From contig OZ260665.1 of assembly GCA_965285935.1 (NCBI GenBank), positions 34,844,001 to 34,908,000 of the forward strand: a DNA stretch of 64,000 nucleotides. The letters are read 5' to 3'. The notes beneath the pieces are model-generated. The model searched no databases and had not been told where the DNA came from. It saw nothing but the letters and a program-made list of their open reading frames with translations. Position 1 is the first letter of the stretch, and every line of letters begins with the position of its first letter. Positions 22,201 to 37,200 of this stretch are shown here, in pieces. Source of the stretch: Ophelia neglecta. Taxonomy: Eukaryota. The position numbers and the translations under genes are program-made.

Positions 22201-25200
22201 ATTAAGTGGTTTCCTCAATACTTACATGCTTTCATGAAGTAGCTTTTAACCGGCTCATCATGATCTTCAAATATAGAGTTTTTTATGTGCTCATAATATG
22301 TCATATTTTTTTCCAACAGAGCACTCCTCGCTCGAGCCGTGCCATTATAATATCTGTCAGCGTCTTTCACCCAATGGTCGACGAGAAAACGTAAGACGTA
22401 TGATGATAGGTAAAATGAGAGCACCATGTAGTCTACCACATTGTAATTGTCTAGAGCATAAACGCGTATTCCTGAGTTATACATCTGCTTGCATTCCATC
22501 CACATTAGACCTGAAATGGAGGTAAAACGGATTATATTACATAACTTAACACTGAACAATGTTATTGTGTCCATTAATAAAGGAATATCTAAATCGTTTG
22601 CGGTTAATACTGTAGTCACAGAACGCTAGTGTACAGTTATCACTCAGAGCACTTATTTCTAATGTATTGGTTTAAGCTTTATCTCATCCCTTTGTTATGA
22701 TGTGTTCCCTTACAATCCAAATCTCTAACTTGCGCACTTCCTATACTCACCAAAAACCCAGAACATGAGGCCGATCTGGACATGAGTCATTAGGATGTTG
22801 GCTGGGCGGAAGTTGCCTTTCAGGATTCTTTCCACTTTCTCCTCGAATGGAAGAACGTTCTTAGTGTCCAAGTCGAAGTCTTCGAAGATGGAATCGCTGA
22901 GATTCTCCTTATCGGAGGATACAGGGTATCCCCTCTCCTCCAGCCTGAAAGTGGCTGCCGCCAGCAGGAACAGGAAACACATGTGGGACAAAGTGTGAGT
23001 GATGAACTTAGCCGCTGGGCACCGCAAGGCATTTCCTAACTGTGGATAGATAGTGCCGTTATTTCAGTTTATTGGCCTTACAATTAATTACGGAGACCAG
23101 CATTCATCTTTTGATTTTAATAGTTTTATCAAGGCAGAATATAATACCGAACAAGATCAAATTATACAAGTGTGGTAAGTTGAGCAACAGCAAAAAAGAA
23201 ACTGTGAACGCCCAAGCTTCTTGAGGCCTAAACCAAAGTCATCGGGAGATAGAAATACGACGATGATACATTTGTTAAAGACATTAACGAAACTTAATTG
23301 ATCTAAATGGGTCACAATGTTTTTATGCTTAACGCTGATGCAACAAGTGAATAAAAATGCTTTATCTACTGCCTTCTTTTGATCTTGCACCATTAAGCTC
23401 TCTGCAATAGTTATAATGTAAGAATATGATGCATAAGTTTACTATGGACATGTCAGACTAAAACAAAACTTGTTAAAGAAAAATACAAGTGTTTTTAAGA
23501 TATTGTCACTGAAATTTAGTACCAATTATATCCATGGGTATGGGGTTCCATAAGACTGCTCGATATTACTTCACTTTCCGTTGCCCGTCATTATATTATA
23601 AGTTATGTATTATGTAAGTAATTTATTTATCTTATTCTATTTACTTCTCAATAAGTAAAGTATTGTGAGCTTGTAGGTTATGATAAATAATAAAATAGAA
23701 TGAAAGGTATTTTATTATTGTTCGTACTGCTAGTATTGTTTATATTAACGACGACCAAAAAACGTATTTGTCTATTATGTTCATCTTTTGGATATATAAG
23801 TTTTTAAACTCGTTTTATTTTATTCCCTATGATCCTGTATTCTACAGTTATTTAATCTCTGTCTACCTTGACTCGATTGCTTAATGAGTCTCATCATGCA
23901 AACTGTTTGCTGTCCCTCGTTCCCAGTGATTTCAATTTAATATGTTATCATTAATTTCGTTAACATTGTACTTGCTGTTAGGGATTCGGGGCTTGATGGT
24001 TGTGGGCCTGCAGCTGACAGTTCCGATGACTTCGCATCGCTTTAATTAACTATGATGTATCAATGATTTTGTTTGGTCAGCCGAGTATCCGCTCCCTTTA
24101 TTGTATTCCCTGTTCTTGTCGACTGGACCTTTATGCTTCTAAGCCCAGACAGCGTGTATTTCAAGGCATCAAGCATTTTTTTAATGTTGATTTCCAGTCC
24201 AAGTGTTGATCCTGATTTACTCAACAGCAGGTTATGAAATGAAATCTTACTGCGATGTATGATTACTTCCAGGGAAGCTTTATTTGTACGAATTAAAATA
24301 AGGTCGATAGGGTCAATTGTGCTTATGGTGACTACACGATTTCGGATCGTTTCAATTGTCATTTTTTTCTGTAAGAACGTGTTGAGCTGCAAAAAGAATA
24401 TTTGCTAAGATTATGGTGTCATCATCATATAATCATATTTGCCTTACTGTAAATTCTTTAAGTGTTGACTATTGAATCATTCCATGGAATGGAGTGACAT
24501 CTTATTTCGCAGAACTTACATTTTCCAAAATTAATTTAATCATTAAAGTGAAAAACGCAATTTGTGGATCAACGAAAATCACATTCTATATATCAATGTA
24601 TTTCTTACACTTTGTGCCTAATTTCATTCACAGCTAGTGCAAAAATAATACTGCTAAACAGAAAGCTGTATGTAAAAAAGTATTTTCTTTTTATTTGGTA
24701 AAAACGAATTTTTTTTTTATCCAATCCTAAGGGTTTATTAAAATTGATGAGGAAGGTAATACCTAAAGTGTTCTGAATTATCTTTGTTTCTATTTTATGG
24801 ATAACGTTTGCCCTTAGACTGCCAATTATCTTTCTGCCTGATACTAGTCGCGGTTACCCTTTCCTTGAACTTTTCGCTTTGTGCAACAACTTTTTTTAAA
24901 TGTATTGTTAAGAAATATTGTATAGAATGTATTAGGTTATGTGCACACCTCTTCGCTTTAATAAAATTCACGCTCTGTGAAAGTGTTTATTAGCCCAATC
25001 TTTTATGTTTGGCTTATTATTTTCTTGTAGGTTTCGAAAACATGATAATGAAGTTGGCAAATGGTTAGTCATGCCACAGTCAACATTAAACCATATATGG
25101 ATTTGATAACATTTCATAGGTTGACAATTCACAATGAGTCATATCTGTCCATAGAGGCCATTAATACAATACATTAATGGTCCTAATTTGCAACGACATT

Positions 25201-28200
25201 TATTGGTTTTCAGTTCAACTGTTTTAAGTAGCGTGCCATTTCACTGTACAGAACGCTTCGTTCTGGTGAGATCCGACCACATATATTCGAAAAAGCTCTA
25301 GAAAGCGGACATTGAGGTAAACTCAGACCCGGAATAGGATGAAAACTGACAATTAGCTCAATCAGGCTTCAACAGCGATAACAATAACTGGACGTTTGCT
25401 GAATAAACTGTCAACATACATAGCAACCGAGGTATTAAATTTATTGTACACTGGGTCCCAAAGCATTTTCGCTTCACTAAAATATGATCGTATTGTTCAG
25501 AACAAATATAATATTTTAGAATTATGATCATAGATATGTCTGTGCTATACTTACCTTAGAATCAGGAGATAAAACATATATAAGACAGAAGAAGGGCACA
25601 AGAGGTAAACAGAGTATCCACATGAGTATTTTCTTCCACAGCGCTATCGATTGCATAAACCCCATTTCAGGGCCAAACCATATACTCGTCAGGTGTTGCT
25701 GGCAATTAGGGTGGGCAACAAACTGCAACATAATCCTTTTATTGTTATTGAAATGATTAATTATATAAAAATCTGAAGTTACTAAAAATTTCACAACATT
25801 TACCGACATTGCGGATGTTTTATTACATTTAAAAAATAACGAAAAACGAAAAACACCGATAACAAATAAAACAAACAATCAAACTATTGTGGTTATCGAA
25901 ATAGGAGATGAAATAAAAATACCATTGTTAGTAAATTCATTCCATGAACATTGGCAATAAGATAATATACAACCTTGGTAATCGTAAAAGTGGTAAGTGC
26001 TTACGGAAAAAAATCCCTTGTCCGCTTGTATGGAGCCATTCTTTGGATGGAATAAAAGCATGTTTTATCAATCGCGGTTTTACCAGAAGCAAAAGTATTT
26101 GGTTTATGGGTTCAGGGTGCACAATGCTTTACAGCATGCATATAGGGAGAGAGCACTCTCTGGTGATCTACTGAAATTCAGTGCAAATTGGGATTCACTC
26201 CAAACAAGACAGGCCTTTAGGACCAAAGAGAAAAGCGAAAAGAAGGGTGTCTCGCGTATCAAGACGACTGGAATGGCAGGTTGTGCATATTGCTTATGTT
26301 CACGGAGGTAAAAGATATGTGTACTGGTATAGGTATGCATTTGACAGGCACCCAGTCTAGGGCTCACGAGTGACCACTAAGAAAACGATATGTCAAATTG
26401 GTGCAAATAATTTGGAAACAGGATAATATTAAGCCATTTTGAGTTTTGGTACAGTTTCAAGATGGCTATGTGTTCGCTTGGTCATACAACGAGTATGTGT
26501 TTTGTTTCAGAAATATTGAAACAGTCGTAAAGAAAAAAGACGCTGTATTTATTTACATCGATAAAATAATGTATCTTTGTTTTATTTCCTGCTGGTCCTA
26601 CCTTTTTTATTTATATCCTATGCTTTGAATGGGATTTAATCTGTGTGCCATACACCATTGTAGAAAGCATTTCTACGTCTGGTGTTTTTTGGAATGTTGT
26701 TAGTTTCTGTTAAATCTTTGAAGGGCCTTCCAATTTTCCCATTTGATAAGAAAAGTTTCAAAAAGAAGAAACTTGCTTAACTGTGACTTCTCTATAGTTG
26801 CCTTATACATTGTTTTATACAATACCTTGCTTAGGTCAGGGACGGGGACACTGCAACTCAGTGCAGACAATGACATTTTTCTTAAACAAATGTGTATGCC
26901 TTTAGACCAAAAACCTATATTTCAGCATTTGACCAGACAAGCTTTATCTACAGCAAAATCATCTGGGGAAAGCCTGGTTATCCCGCTTCCAAAGTATATG
27001 CAAAACACTCAGATATAAGTCTACACCAGTGTTACATGCTCCAGAGACGCGAAACTTATTGTGTTGATTTATTGTTAATTAAGTCAAGTGGTTTTAAACT
27101 TGGTTCGTTTTACGATGCCAGTGATTATGTTAGTGATTCATAATCCAATAAAACTACACATCTGGACAATACTACTTCAGTAATTACACAGTGAAGCATA
27201 GGCGGAAAAAACTCAATACAGAAAGAGGAGGGATGCAAACAAGGGAAGATATGCACTGCAATGTAAAACTAGGAAACAAGACACCATCAAGCAGGCGTTT
27301 GCCATCACACAGAGTGGGAGCGGATGGTGTATATCAAAAAGAACCTTTTTCTCCTCGTATTCCATGGCCATTTTGAGTCGTGCGAGAGGGTCCCGCGTCC
27401 CATTATCTTCGGAGCCCTCGCTGAGCACTGCCTCTACCTCTTGTGTTCCCCGGCAGAGGTCCATTAATTCACAGGCAAAATCCATGCACTGCTCTACCAA
27501 ACTCAGGTATTCGTTCTGAAAAAAACGCATTTTTGTTTTGTTTATGGCATGATATCAAACGTCGGCATCTTTTTATATAAAATATGTGATTGTGGTTCTC
27601 ACAAAACAGCATCGTTGACTAACACAGCTCTTCATGAAAACTCGCTGAGTGAGTTAGCTTACTGAAAACATAACTAGCATACTTTCTTCGCACCTTTTCG
27701 TTTCAACTGGCAATCAAGGAAGCGATAAATAACACATTATCACTTAACTGGAGCCAAGTTCTTGGTAGTAGTTAGGCTTTCATAAAAGCAATTCCTCAAC
27801 CATTTGTCACATCAGAAGTGATTAACTTAGTTAAGACATTATATAGGCCTAGTACATGCCAAACATTTAATGAATTCGCTCACCTTGAACTCTTTTTCGA
27901 CTTGTGCCAGTTTTTTCATTTCTTGACGGAGTTCGAATGTGGTCATAATGGGGTCGGGGCTGGAAAGTGCCATGTAGGCCGGGCTGGCCAGGGCCCGATA
28001 AGCGTTCAACCGCGACCGCGAACGTTTTAACGAATCGTAGTTCTGTTTAGTCACACAGTCCGTACATTGGCACGATATTGGGTGAGGTTTCTCTAGCACG
28101 TGGTTCCGAGCTAGAAATATCTGTATAATCTCGTGGTTGTTGTAGTGAGCGGCGAGAATTAGTGGCGTAATATCCGGAGAGAACTGCGATTTTTCCTCAG

Positions 28201-31200
28201 TTCGAAAAAACGGGTCTCTTACTCCGGTCCTTTTCATGTGGTCCTCCCCCGCCATATAAGTCGGGTGTTCAACTATCACTTTGACTATTTTTATAGAGCC
28301 TTTACTTATTGCATGTAAAAGCGCCTCCTCAATGCACTCGAAGTTGAGTTTGTCCAGTAGAATCTCCGCCGCCTCCATATTTTCACTGTCCACTGCAAGG
28401 TGGAGCGCGTTTCGCCCCATGTAGTCCACACAGTTGACATTGAGTATGACCTCATTTTCCTCAAGACTCTGACGTATGATGCCCGTGTCACCCATCGCCG
28501 CCGCGTTCAGGTATAACCGCTCCTCGTCCGTCAACTACAAAGAAAGAAGACAATTACAGCACAGCACTGAGTCAAGCATACTCCAACAAAACCTGAGATC
28601 AGCCTCACACTGATATAACAATATTGTATAGTGCAAATGGACGTGTTCATGAAAATAAAAGCGTGATTGGTTCACTTTACTTCTTTCTTTGAAAGAGAGT
28701 TCATCCAGACAAATTCATCTATTGTCTCACATAAACTTATGAGAGAGTTTTTTGCCACCCAATAGTATCTCTTGGGGCAAATTTAATCTGAGCCATGTGT
28801 AGACTACTCATTCATTTTATTCTATGTATAAATTTCGTAACAATCTTATTTACAGTTGATGCACTGGGTAGTGGTGAATTTGGGCCTGCAGCTGTCTGTT
28901 CCTGATAATTTCAGATTGATTTAAAGAAATGTTGTTGATTGATGATTGTATAGTCTGTCGTATACCCACTCTTTTTTATCGGGGAACTAATCTTCACAAA
29001 ACATCAGTATTCGCGTTATCAGTCTTTAGAAAAAAGAATCACAACTGTGAGTGCGCACGATTTCTTTATTTGAGGTGTGCGTGTTAAAAGATATATAATG
29101 GAAAGAATGAACTCCATAGTTGTGCACCTTAAATACTTGACTGTTATATTGTTTATTAAAGGAAACATAGCCGAAATCAATTTGACAGATCCCAAAAATT
29201 AAAGATTATTTTCCATCAGGACAATTTAATTATTTTGGTGTGTAAAGTATTAAAACGTTTATCGTAGTCAGTGACACATATTAGCGGAAATTACCCAAAA
29301 TCCCACAGCTGACAGAGATGGCCCGAATCTATCATTATAAGTGAAAGATGTGCGAAGGATCTCAATGCCGAATAGAAGGCAAATGTATCAAGGGGAAATT
29401 GTCAACGATTACTGGACACTTCTCAAAACAATGAGGATTGTCATTTTTCACATTCTATAACTTATTAAAACGTCAGATTACTTTCTTGAATAATAGGTTA
29501 GCTGGGGTAAATAACAAAACGCCGTTGACACCCCAGACGCTTAGTATAGATAGTAACTTTAATAGTCCACAAGGATTATGGCGGAAGGAATTTATAGTTA
29601 ACATGTAAAAAGCATGAGACTCCCGTTCAGACTGTAGAATTATAGGAAGTTCATTTTCGGTCAGGAGTTATTCATTAACTGAGTAAAAAATGTATCAGGA
29701 ACCGTCAGCTGTAGGACCAAAAACATCACTCCCAATTTGTTTCTGTGAATAAGTTGTTAATGAATTAGTAATAATTGATTTATACATTGAAATAACCCAG
29801 TAATGTTAACCATTTCTGTCAATCTGAGAGATTAAAATAAATCAATCTTTTCTCGTATTTTCATTACATTTCTTTAAATAATGTCTTCCTGTGAAAGTTA
29901 CTCAATGCAGATGTTGCACATAAGATTGAGTTTCAGGAGTTTTTATTGGTAAAAGGATCATTGTTGCTCGTGGTTATTCGGTGCTAAATACTTAAACTGT
30001 CAGGATATCACTTTACAAATGAACCCAGTAACCACAAAAGGCCAACTCTGATGACATTTGTTTATGAAATATCCTCCTGTTTATCTTAATATTTGATCAC
30101 CCGATTTGAAAACTATAGGTTTGCTTTGTGTTATTTTCAAAATTGATCCCACCGGAAATGAACGATAAGGCCTGTTTCTCTTTACTTCAGAAGATTTCGT
30201 ACATGTGTGTGATTTAGTACAATTAACATTGATAAGTCTGCTTCTTGTCTTGTTTTACTTTACTCAGAATCATTAAAGAGATGGTACGATTGATAACAGT
30301 CTAGTTTATATAAACATTTACACCCTCTGTCTAAAAGTATTGCTGAATTGAGCGGTTTGACAATATAAGCCTAGTGGTGGGTGTATTGGCCCAGAACGCA
30401 ATGCAGCAAAAGCATTCGTAGAAAATACCTCTTCCATTATGTCAGAGAAAACAAACATTTTCATATGGCCTTATGTCCCACTTCTGAACAGGGTATTAGT
30501 TGCTAGACAAGTGCCACGCGCATGTCAATGAGCTTGTCTAAGCTGATTTGACGCTGATGCCAGCCACAAAGAGCCAAACATTTCCATCGTTCGACAGCGG
30601 ATTTTTGCGAATAAACACCTAACAGAGTCGTTGCGGATAAGTGACAAAAAACAGGCAGGCAAGGAACCCTTTCAAACCAGACCCAGAACGTGGAATAAAC
30701 GAAGCCGAAACCGTAGAACGACAAAAGTTAAATGGGCCAATATCCAGATCTCCATAAAATACCCAATGTGAGCCGAGCCTTTACAAGTCCATGCCTCTTT
30801 TCAATTGCTGTTGGTAGCAAATCATTATCCCGAAACATCCGCCATTTAGGCGAATTCAAAAAACCGTATCACTCATAATCGCTTTATGAGAAAGGCCCGT
30901 GAGTTATGAGTTTGTTTAATCCTAGTCAAAAAGAAGCAGGAGCTTTGCTGATTATTGGCTTTGTTAATGAATGAGCTCTTCTATATTCCTCAACCGAAAC
31001 GCCGACAAATGCAGTGGACATGATTTGCAACCTGCATCCCAAGCGGTCGGTCACGAGTCAATGACAAACCGGAAGTAGCGAGAGTGTTGGCAGGAAGTCA
31101 CTTTTGGTGATTTATTGCTTTCCCGGGCTACCCGACCCTTAGCTACTTCGAACGGAAAGTATTTCTACTCGACATCTGCCAAATAGTCGTGCCTCAAAGT

Positions 31201-34200
31201 GTGTGAATTCTGTTAACAGCGGACTTTGGCTCCGTTCATAAGAGGGTCAACCACCAAAAAATCTTTCTTGCTTTCTTGCGAATCGAAAGTCACATACTTT
31301 AGTAACTGGCGCAAATATGCGATCATTTGCAATAAAAAAACAAGCCAGCAATGATCAACTATAGACAAACGGTAAAGACAAAAAGAGCAAAACTATCTCA
31401 ACTCATAATGGGAGGAAAAAGTGGGATGGGGTAGGGTTAGAGACGACGTGACTGAATGATGTTTATTGCTATGATCTACAGAAGAGATACACTCCGTGCA
31501 AAGCTTTCGATTGCCAGCCAGTGACACGTCTTGAGGATATGGAGAAGAAAAAAAGATTATGTGGACTAGTTGAGCATCGCCTGATTATCGGCTGATACCC
31601 TGTAGACGGGTATCGTCTGCCTGTGTGCTGGCGGTGGGAGTAGTTATTAATTTACGGGAGACCTGAGTGGCCTGGCAGAACGCTTATCTTCGCAGAGAGC
31701 CCATTACCCATCATCCATCGCTGTCATCCAAACAAGCGTCGCATTATACTGCTTTGTCAGATCCGTTTTTTGAGAGTAGGCAAACACAGTCCAGGTTAAC
31801 CAGAAATTACATTTTTATGCGTATGCGTCTGGAAAAATACGATCGCATTGAATTGGCTTAAATTGTCCATCTTAAGTCAGCTATATAGTGAAACTAACAC
31901 GTGTTTAAATTTACATAACTGCAACATAATTATAATGCACTCGTCCACAGAATAACATGCTTTTGCCTTGAAACCCAAGGGGGTTTGTCTTTTTTATTAT
32001 TATAATTGAAGGTAATTACTTTGCAGTGGAGATGCATTTTATAATCTAAACGAAAACCGATGTTAAACTTTCATTAGTGTCATTTGTATTGGTATCATAC
32101 AATAACTTTGTAACTAGTTGAAACTAGTTTCTGTCTGTAGAAGAGAATAAATTGTTGACTACCTGTTTCCTTTAGTTCATTCATTTTACTATACATGGCT
32201 TATCTATTATCTTGACTCTAATTAGGTTATTCATTTTTAACTTCTGACTGCGTTTTCCTAACTAAACTCACTCCTCTAGACTGGTCACATGACTAAGGTA
32301 GAAGGATTCGTCTGACTATGGTAAATCTGGTCAGTTGTCATTTGACTATGATCAGTATAGTCATTTGAATCTAATTTTTTAGCCGTTTGACTAGCAGTGA
32401 CTATATTTTGAGCAGTAAATAGACCCAGTCAATTGATTAAGCCAGCTTAGTCAATTTGACTAAGGTTCCTTAGACAAGTATTGTCTATGTAAATCTTACT
32501 CTTGGATGGTTTACCAGCAGCGGTGTTTTTTCATGGTTACTATTGATCTAGAACTATTCAATTATTTATAAAGTATCTTATTATAAGACCTTTGCATGTG
32601 TACCTATATTTAAATTTTGTCTTCGTGTACTCACCAAGGTGTATTTATCTTTCATAGCACGACCCTTTCATTGTGACAAAATCACAGATGTTATTGTGCA
32701 TGTTATTAGGAATAGCCCTAATCGATCATGTTGAGGTGTGAAAAGGTGAGTGCCCATTGGGTACTTTTTGGTCATGACCTTTCGACCTATAAAGCCTATA
32801 ATTACTTTACAAGCCAGAACTGTGCGTCATGCACGCCACATGTTTGTTAATGATAAAGATAATCAGCAAAATTATAACAGGACACAGTCACGAACGTATA
32901 AATTCACTGGCCCCGCAGGAGATTTAGTTTAGAAAATTGCGTACTAATCAACATTCATCCATTGAAAGACAGGCAGTTCCGATTGGCTGTTCCAAACAAT
33001 ACGGCAGACTAGTGACTATGTGGAACCTAATTTAGTTAAACCCAAGCATTCATTACAATATCTGCCCTGTAATAAAGCCTAGCAGCAAACACTTTAGTAT
33101 CTATTTCAACTTGGAATCGATTGCACTCCATTGAACGTGTTGGACAACTTGTGCATTCCTTTGGCTAGTCCCTTCTAGTGACACTCGGTCCTAACAATGG
33201 CTGTAAAGGAGGCAAAGGTGCATCTTAGGATTTGCTAGAAGTCGACCGTATCATTGGATGTATTTGTTCATTTTCCAGCTCTAATTGTGTCAGCGGTTTC
33301 TGCCCGTCGTCTATTTCCGTCGATTTCAGATAGGCCCATCGGTTGATATTCACATCAATCCCCTGTCGCCATTACTCCCTAGAACACTGACTCAGCTGAT
33401 AGGTAGGCCTGCTCGCTGTGGCAAATAAGCCACTGAGCAATGGATTTGTCTCTCACGATGTAATTGTCAGCCACGCTTCATTGGTCATAGCATTAATTAG
33501 AATGTTGTCATTAAGCTACTCAGTCAAGCAATGTAACTATATTCGTTGATATCTCATCCATTAAATTTGGCGTGTACTTCAAATTGAGCAGGGGCATTTT
33601 GCTGTTTATGGCAATAGGTGGCAGCTTGCTTTCCAATAAATGCATCGAAAGATATCTAAGACCATTTCAACGCCAAGTAATATGTGAGCATTCTGTTCCC
33701 CTAATTTGTAACTGCTCATCTTGGGCGTGCATCTTGGGCGTGCATTCAATTTGGAATGTGTCATAGCCATTGGCTTCCTATTGCCTACCTAGCCTACTCT
33801 CAGATGATTTTTCTGGAAGCCACTGCAAATTAGTTGATTTACTTACAATGTTTTGTCTGGTTTTATTTATGACCACGGTTGACAAAGAAGTCACCCATGG
33901 CTTATACAGCGATGAAGATTACTTTCAGATTATTCCAGTCCCCGATATTTCCGACTTCTCATCGAAATTTGCCGAGCAGTGCTGCGCAATTTTCATCTGA
34001 TGCCTGGTAATAGCCATGATAATGGCCGTTGAACGGCCTGTGTGTCCTTGAGACAGACGCGGCTCGGTCTCAGGTCATCCTCTTCAAAATTACCTTGCCT
34101 CTTGCAAGCCAAAGTTTGCTCCGCTGGTTTCTGGCACACTAATAGCCAAAGTGATGCATATATTAGATGAAGATTCAGACATTAAGGTACATGGGTATTG

Positions 34201-37200
34201 CTTTCTACACATGAATGGATGTATATTGGATCCTACAAAATAATCCTTAAAGTACATTTATGCAGGTGACTAACTTCCAATGAATATCACTCCCAGCAGG
34301 GTTACTTGCAATAATTTCGAGTCCGCTGTGACTTAACTCTATCAGTAGTTCGGCAAAACACACTTGTTGATATTAATATATAATTATTGAACATGTCTAT
34401 CAGTATAAAAACTAACAATAATGAAACAATTTCCATGATTGATTAAATTTTTCAAGAATGCGTGCCGCTCGGTATGCCAATTTATATTCGGTTTGGCTGT
34501 TTTTATCGCTGGCGATGTATTTTGACAGGTCTTTTACATCTCGGCGGTGGAGACATGGCGCTGTGATTACTGAGTTCCAATCTGGATCGACCAGGTCTTG
34601 ACCGATCCGTGGATGCGGAATAAACTCACGCGATGATTCCCTGTGGAGCCGTCTGGACATGGCCAAAACTATCTTCTATGTCCAAGAACTCTAAAGCCCA
34701 CTTCCCGCTTATCTTTAAGACACACCTGGGACTTCCGCTTATTTTGAAGTCAATTACCTGAACCATTTCCCTTTAAACTAACCATTGTTGATTGTGGTCG
34801 ATTACTGATTGGGGACTTATAAATTAGTGACCACGGTGTTCTACGGCCGAGGCATGACACCTGCAAAGACTGAGCGCCAGTTTATGCCGTTAACAGGCAG
34901 CCTCGGCCTTTGTCAGATAGGTCTACATAGTAATACGTTTCTGATTTTAAATATACCCTTAGCATCTAGCTGACTTGAATAGCAACTAAGGGGCCGTCTG
35001 AGTATTATACCTGCCAGAGATTTGATGGCACGAATACCCCTAAATGATACTTCCATTTCGGTAATTTGATAAGCTAGCCACATCAGTATTCGACACAGCC
35101 CAGCAGGAATGGTGTCTTGGGGCGACCAGTAATTGCAAGGAATGTTTATGCATGACTGTACGTTAGATGTTTACACTGGAATACGTTTTTGAGCACGGTG
35201 TGCTTGAGTTTTTTATATTTTATCTTGTACACCACGTGGTTTAAAACACGCTACACGTGTTGCTTCCTGGTCGAGTCGGGACATGTCTCGTTAGTAAAGT
35301 ACCTCTCTAAGTTCTCAGAAGGAACCTAGATTTACGTCTCATTGCGATCATCAAAATCCAAGCAGGGTGTTACACATAATTCTTGATCCAGTTTTAGACT
35401 GCAGTACTCTATAGCTTTACATCACTAGGCTAAATACATTCTTGCTTTGAATAAATGTTAAGTGGCTTACATCTTTAACTATATATACGAACATTTTTGC
35501 AACAGTTTTGCATGTAAATGATAAAGAAGTCAGTCTACCGACTGATTTATCACAAGTCTTTGGCCTTGAAGAAAATATGACTCTGTGATGTTTAATACAG
35601 TGGCTGTGCTTTGGGATCAAATTGAGAAATTCCACAGATCTCATCCAATAATATTAGTATACCTGCTGTGATTAATTTGTTCTAATTAGGAATTTGCCTA
35701 CTTTGTAAGAAAGTCTCTTTGAATAGAACAAAAAAATGATTGATGATCTCACCACTGACAACACTCTAGAAAGTTCTGTATCATATTTTTTATTTTTCTA
35801 TTGTGTGTCATGTCGAGACTAATTAGTTTGATTAATTGGAAACAAAATTCTGAAAGCGACTGCTTGAATGTCAGAGATACGGTGTTTAATGTAGTAAGGA
35901 AACTAGAATCTGAAGAAGAAACGCCAAGAGAAGACGCTGTCGAGGGCTGGTAGTTGTGTGAGGCCTATTCAAGGCGATGTTCTCTCTTCTTTCCTTTGAT
36001 AAAGCAGACGATTCTGCTCCGGAATTGCACTCAGCTACTTTGGCGTCCTTGAGCTACGATGTTGATTCGACAGCTATATCCTCATCTTCATCATGCCCTT
36101 GGGCAGGGGAGGGACTCTAGATGTAGGGTCAAGGGTTAAGTTTGACGGACCTTTTCTCCTCCCATTCAGTAGCGGTGTTTGGCGTTGATAGTCGCGGCAT
36201 GGTGAAGTTGTTTGGATGTCGGCAGTGGTCGAGTGAAAGGTCAAAGTAAGGTCGACAAGTCATTGTGCTTTGTGGGAACTATGATCATGTTGCCATAAAT
36301 TGGATTCGGTCGGAGAAACGGAAGTGACGCCTTGGCGGGATTTTTTACCTGTTCAAAGAGTTGCCTTGGAATGTTATCACATACGACGCCTTACAGTACT
36401 TCTGGTTGATGGCCGACATCTCAAACATAAATATCAACTTCCTGCACAAGTTTGTTTTAAGTTTGTTTTAGTGGTCTGAAGTTATGTAGCCTAAAGCCAC
36501 ACCTACACAACTTCAGGAGGGGAACGTGCAACGTTTTTTCTGCCTCTCTCGTTCTCTCTCTATCTCTCTAACAGACTGCAGCTTTAGTTCAATGAACTGA
36601 GAAGCGCTGCCTACTTTAATCGGACAAAATCAATCAATCAATCATTTAAATAATATAAATTCCAACGAGACACAAGGTCATGTCATGATGATTATCTTCT
36701 AAATGTTTATGAAGTCAAAGCCCTACAGATGATAGTTGTTTCAGAGGGTTTAAGTGCCGCCCTCTGGCTTTTAGCACGCCGTGTACATCACAAATATACA
36801 ACCATCTTTATAAAAGACATGCTGCTGTCGGGTATATTGACCTATAGGGAATTCTTCTACCTACACAAATCAAAGTGTTTATCTTTCATGTTTATCAAGC
36901 TCCATCAGCATATCTCTAGGCGGTCTGGTGTTGTCATTTTTGTATTCACCCTGACATATACCAAGGCGATTCACCTGAGCTGGGGCGGCAGCCTCGTCCG
37001 TGGCTGTCAGACGACTTTATAATGTGGTAACTATCTGATGATAGTCAGATAGCTACACAGTATCCTTCGACATAATTACTGCCAGTGCACATGTTCAGAA
37101 GACAGGTATAAATAGATCAACAATTATATATGTTTAGCAACTGCATTTGGCCCTAAATTAGAATAATCCGAAATATTAAACTAAACTCCTATGTTCTTTG

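Noticed and set aside
34412-34666. 84-aa minus-strand ORF as an alternative N-terminus
   Set aside because: Only weak donors and no homology.
35900-36350. GC-richer exon-like segment with an acceptor near 36348
   Set aside because: Stops in all frames and no phase-0 donor found to join the ankyrin exon; could be UTR but is unsupported.
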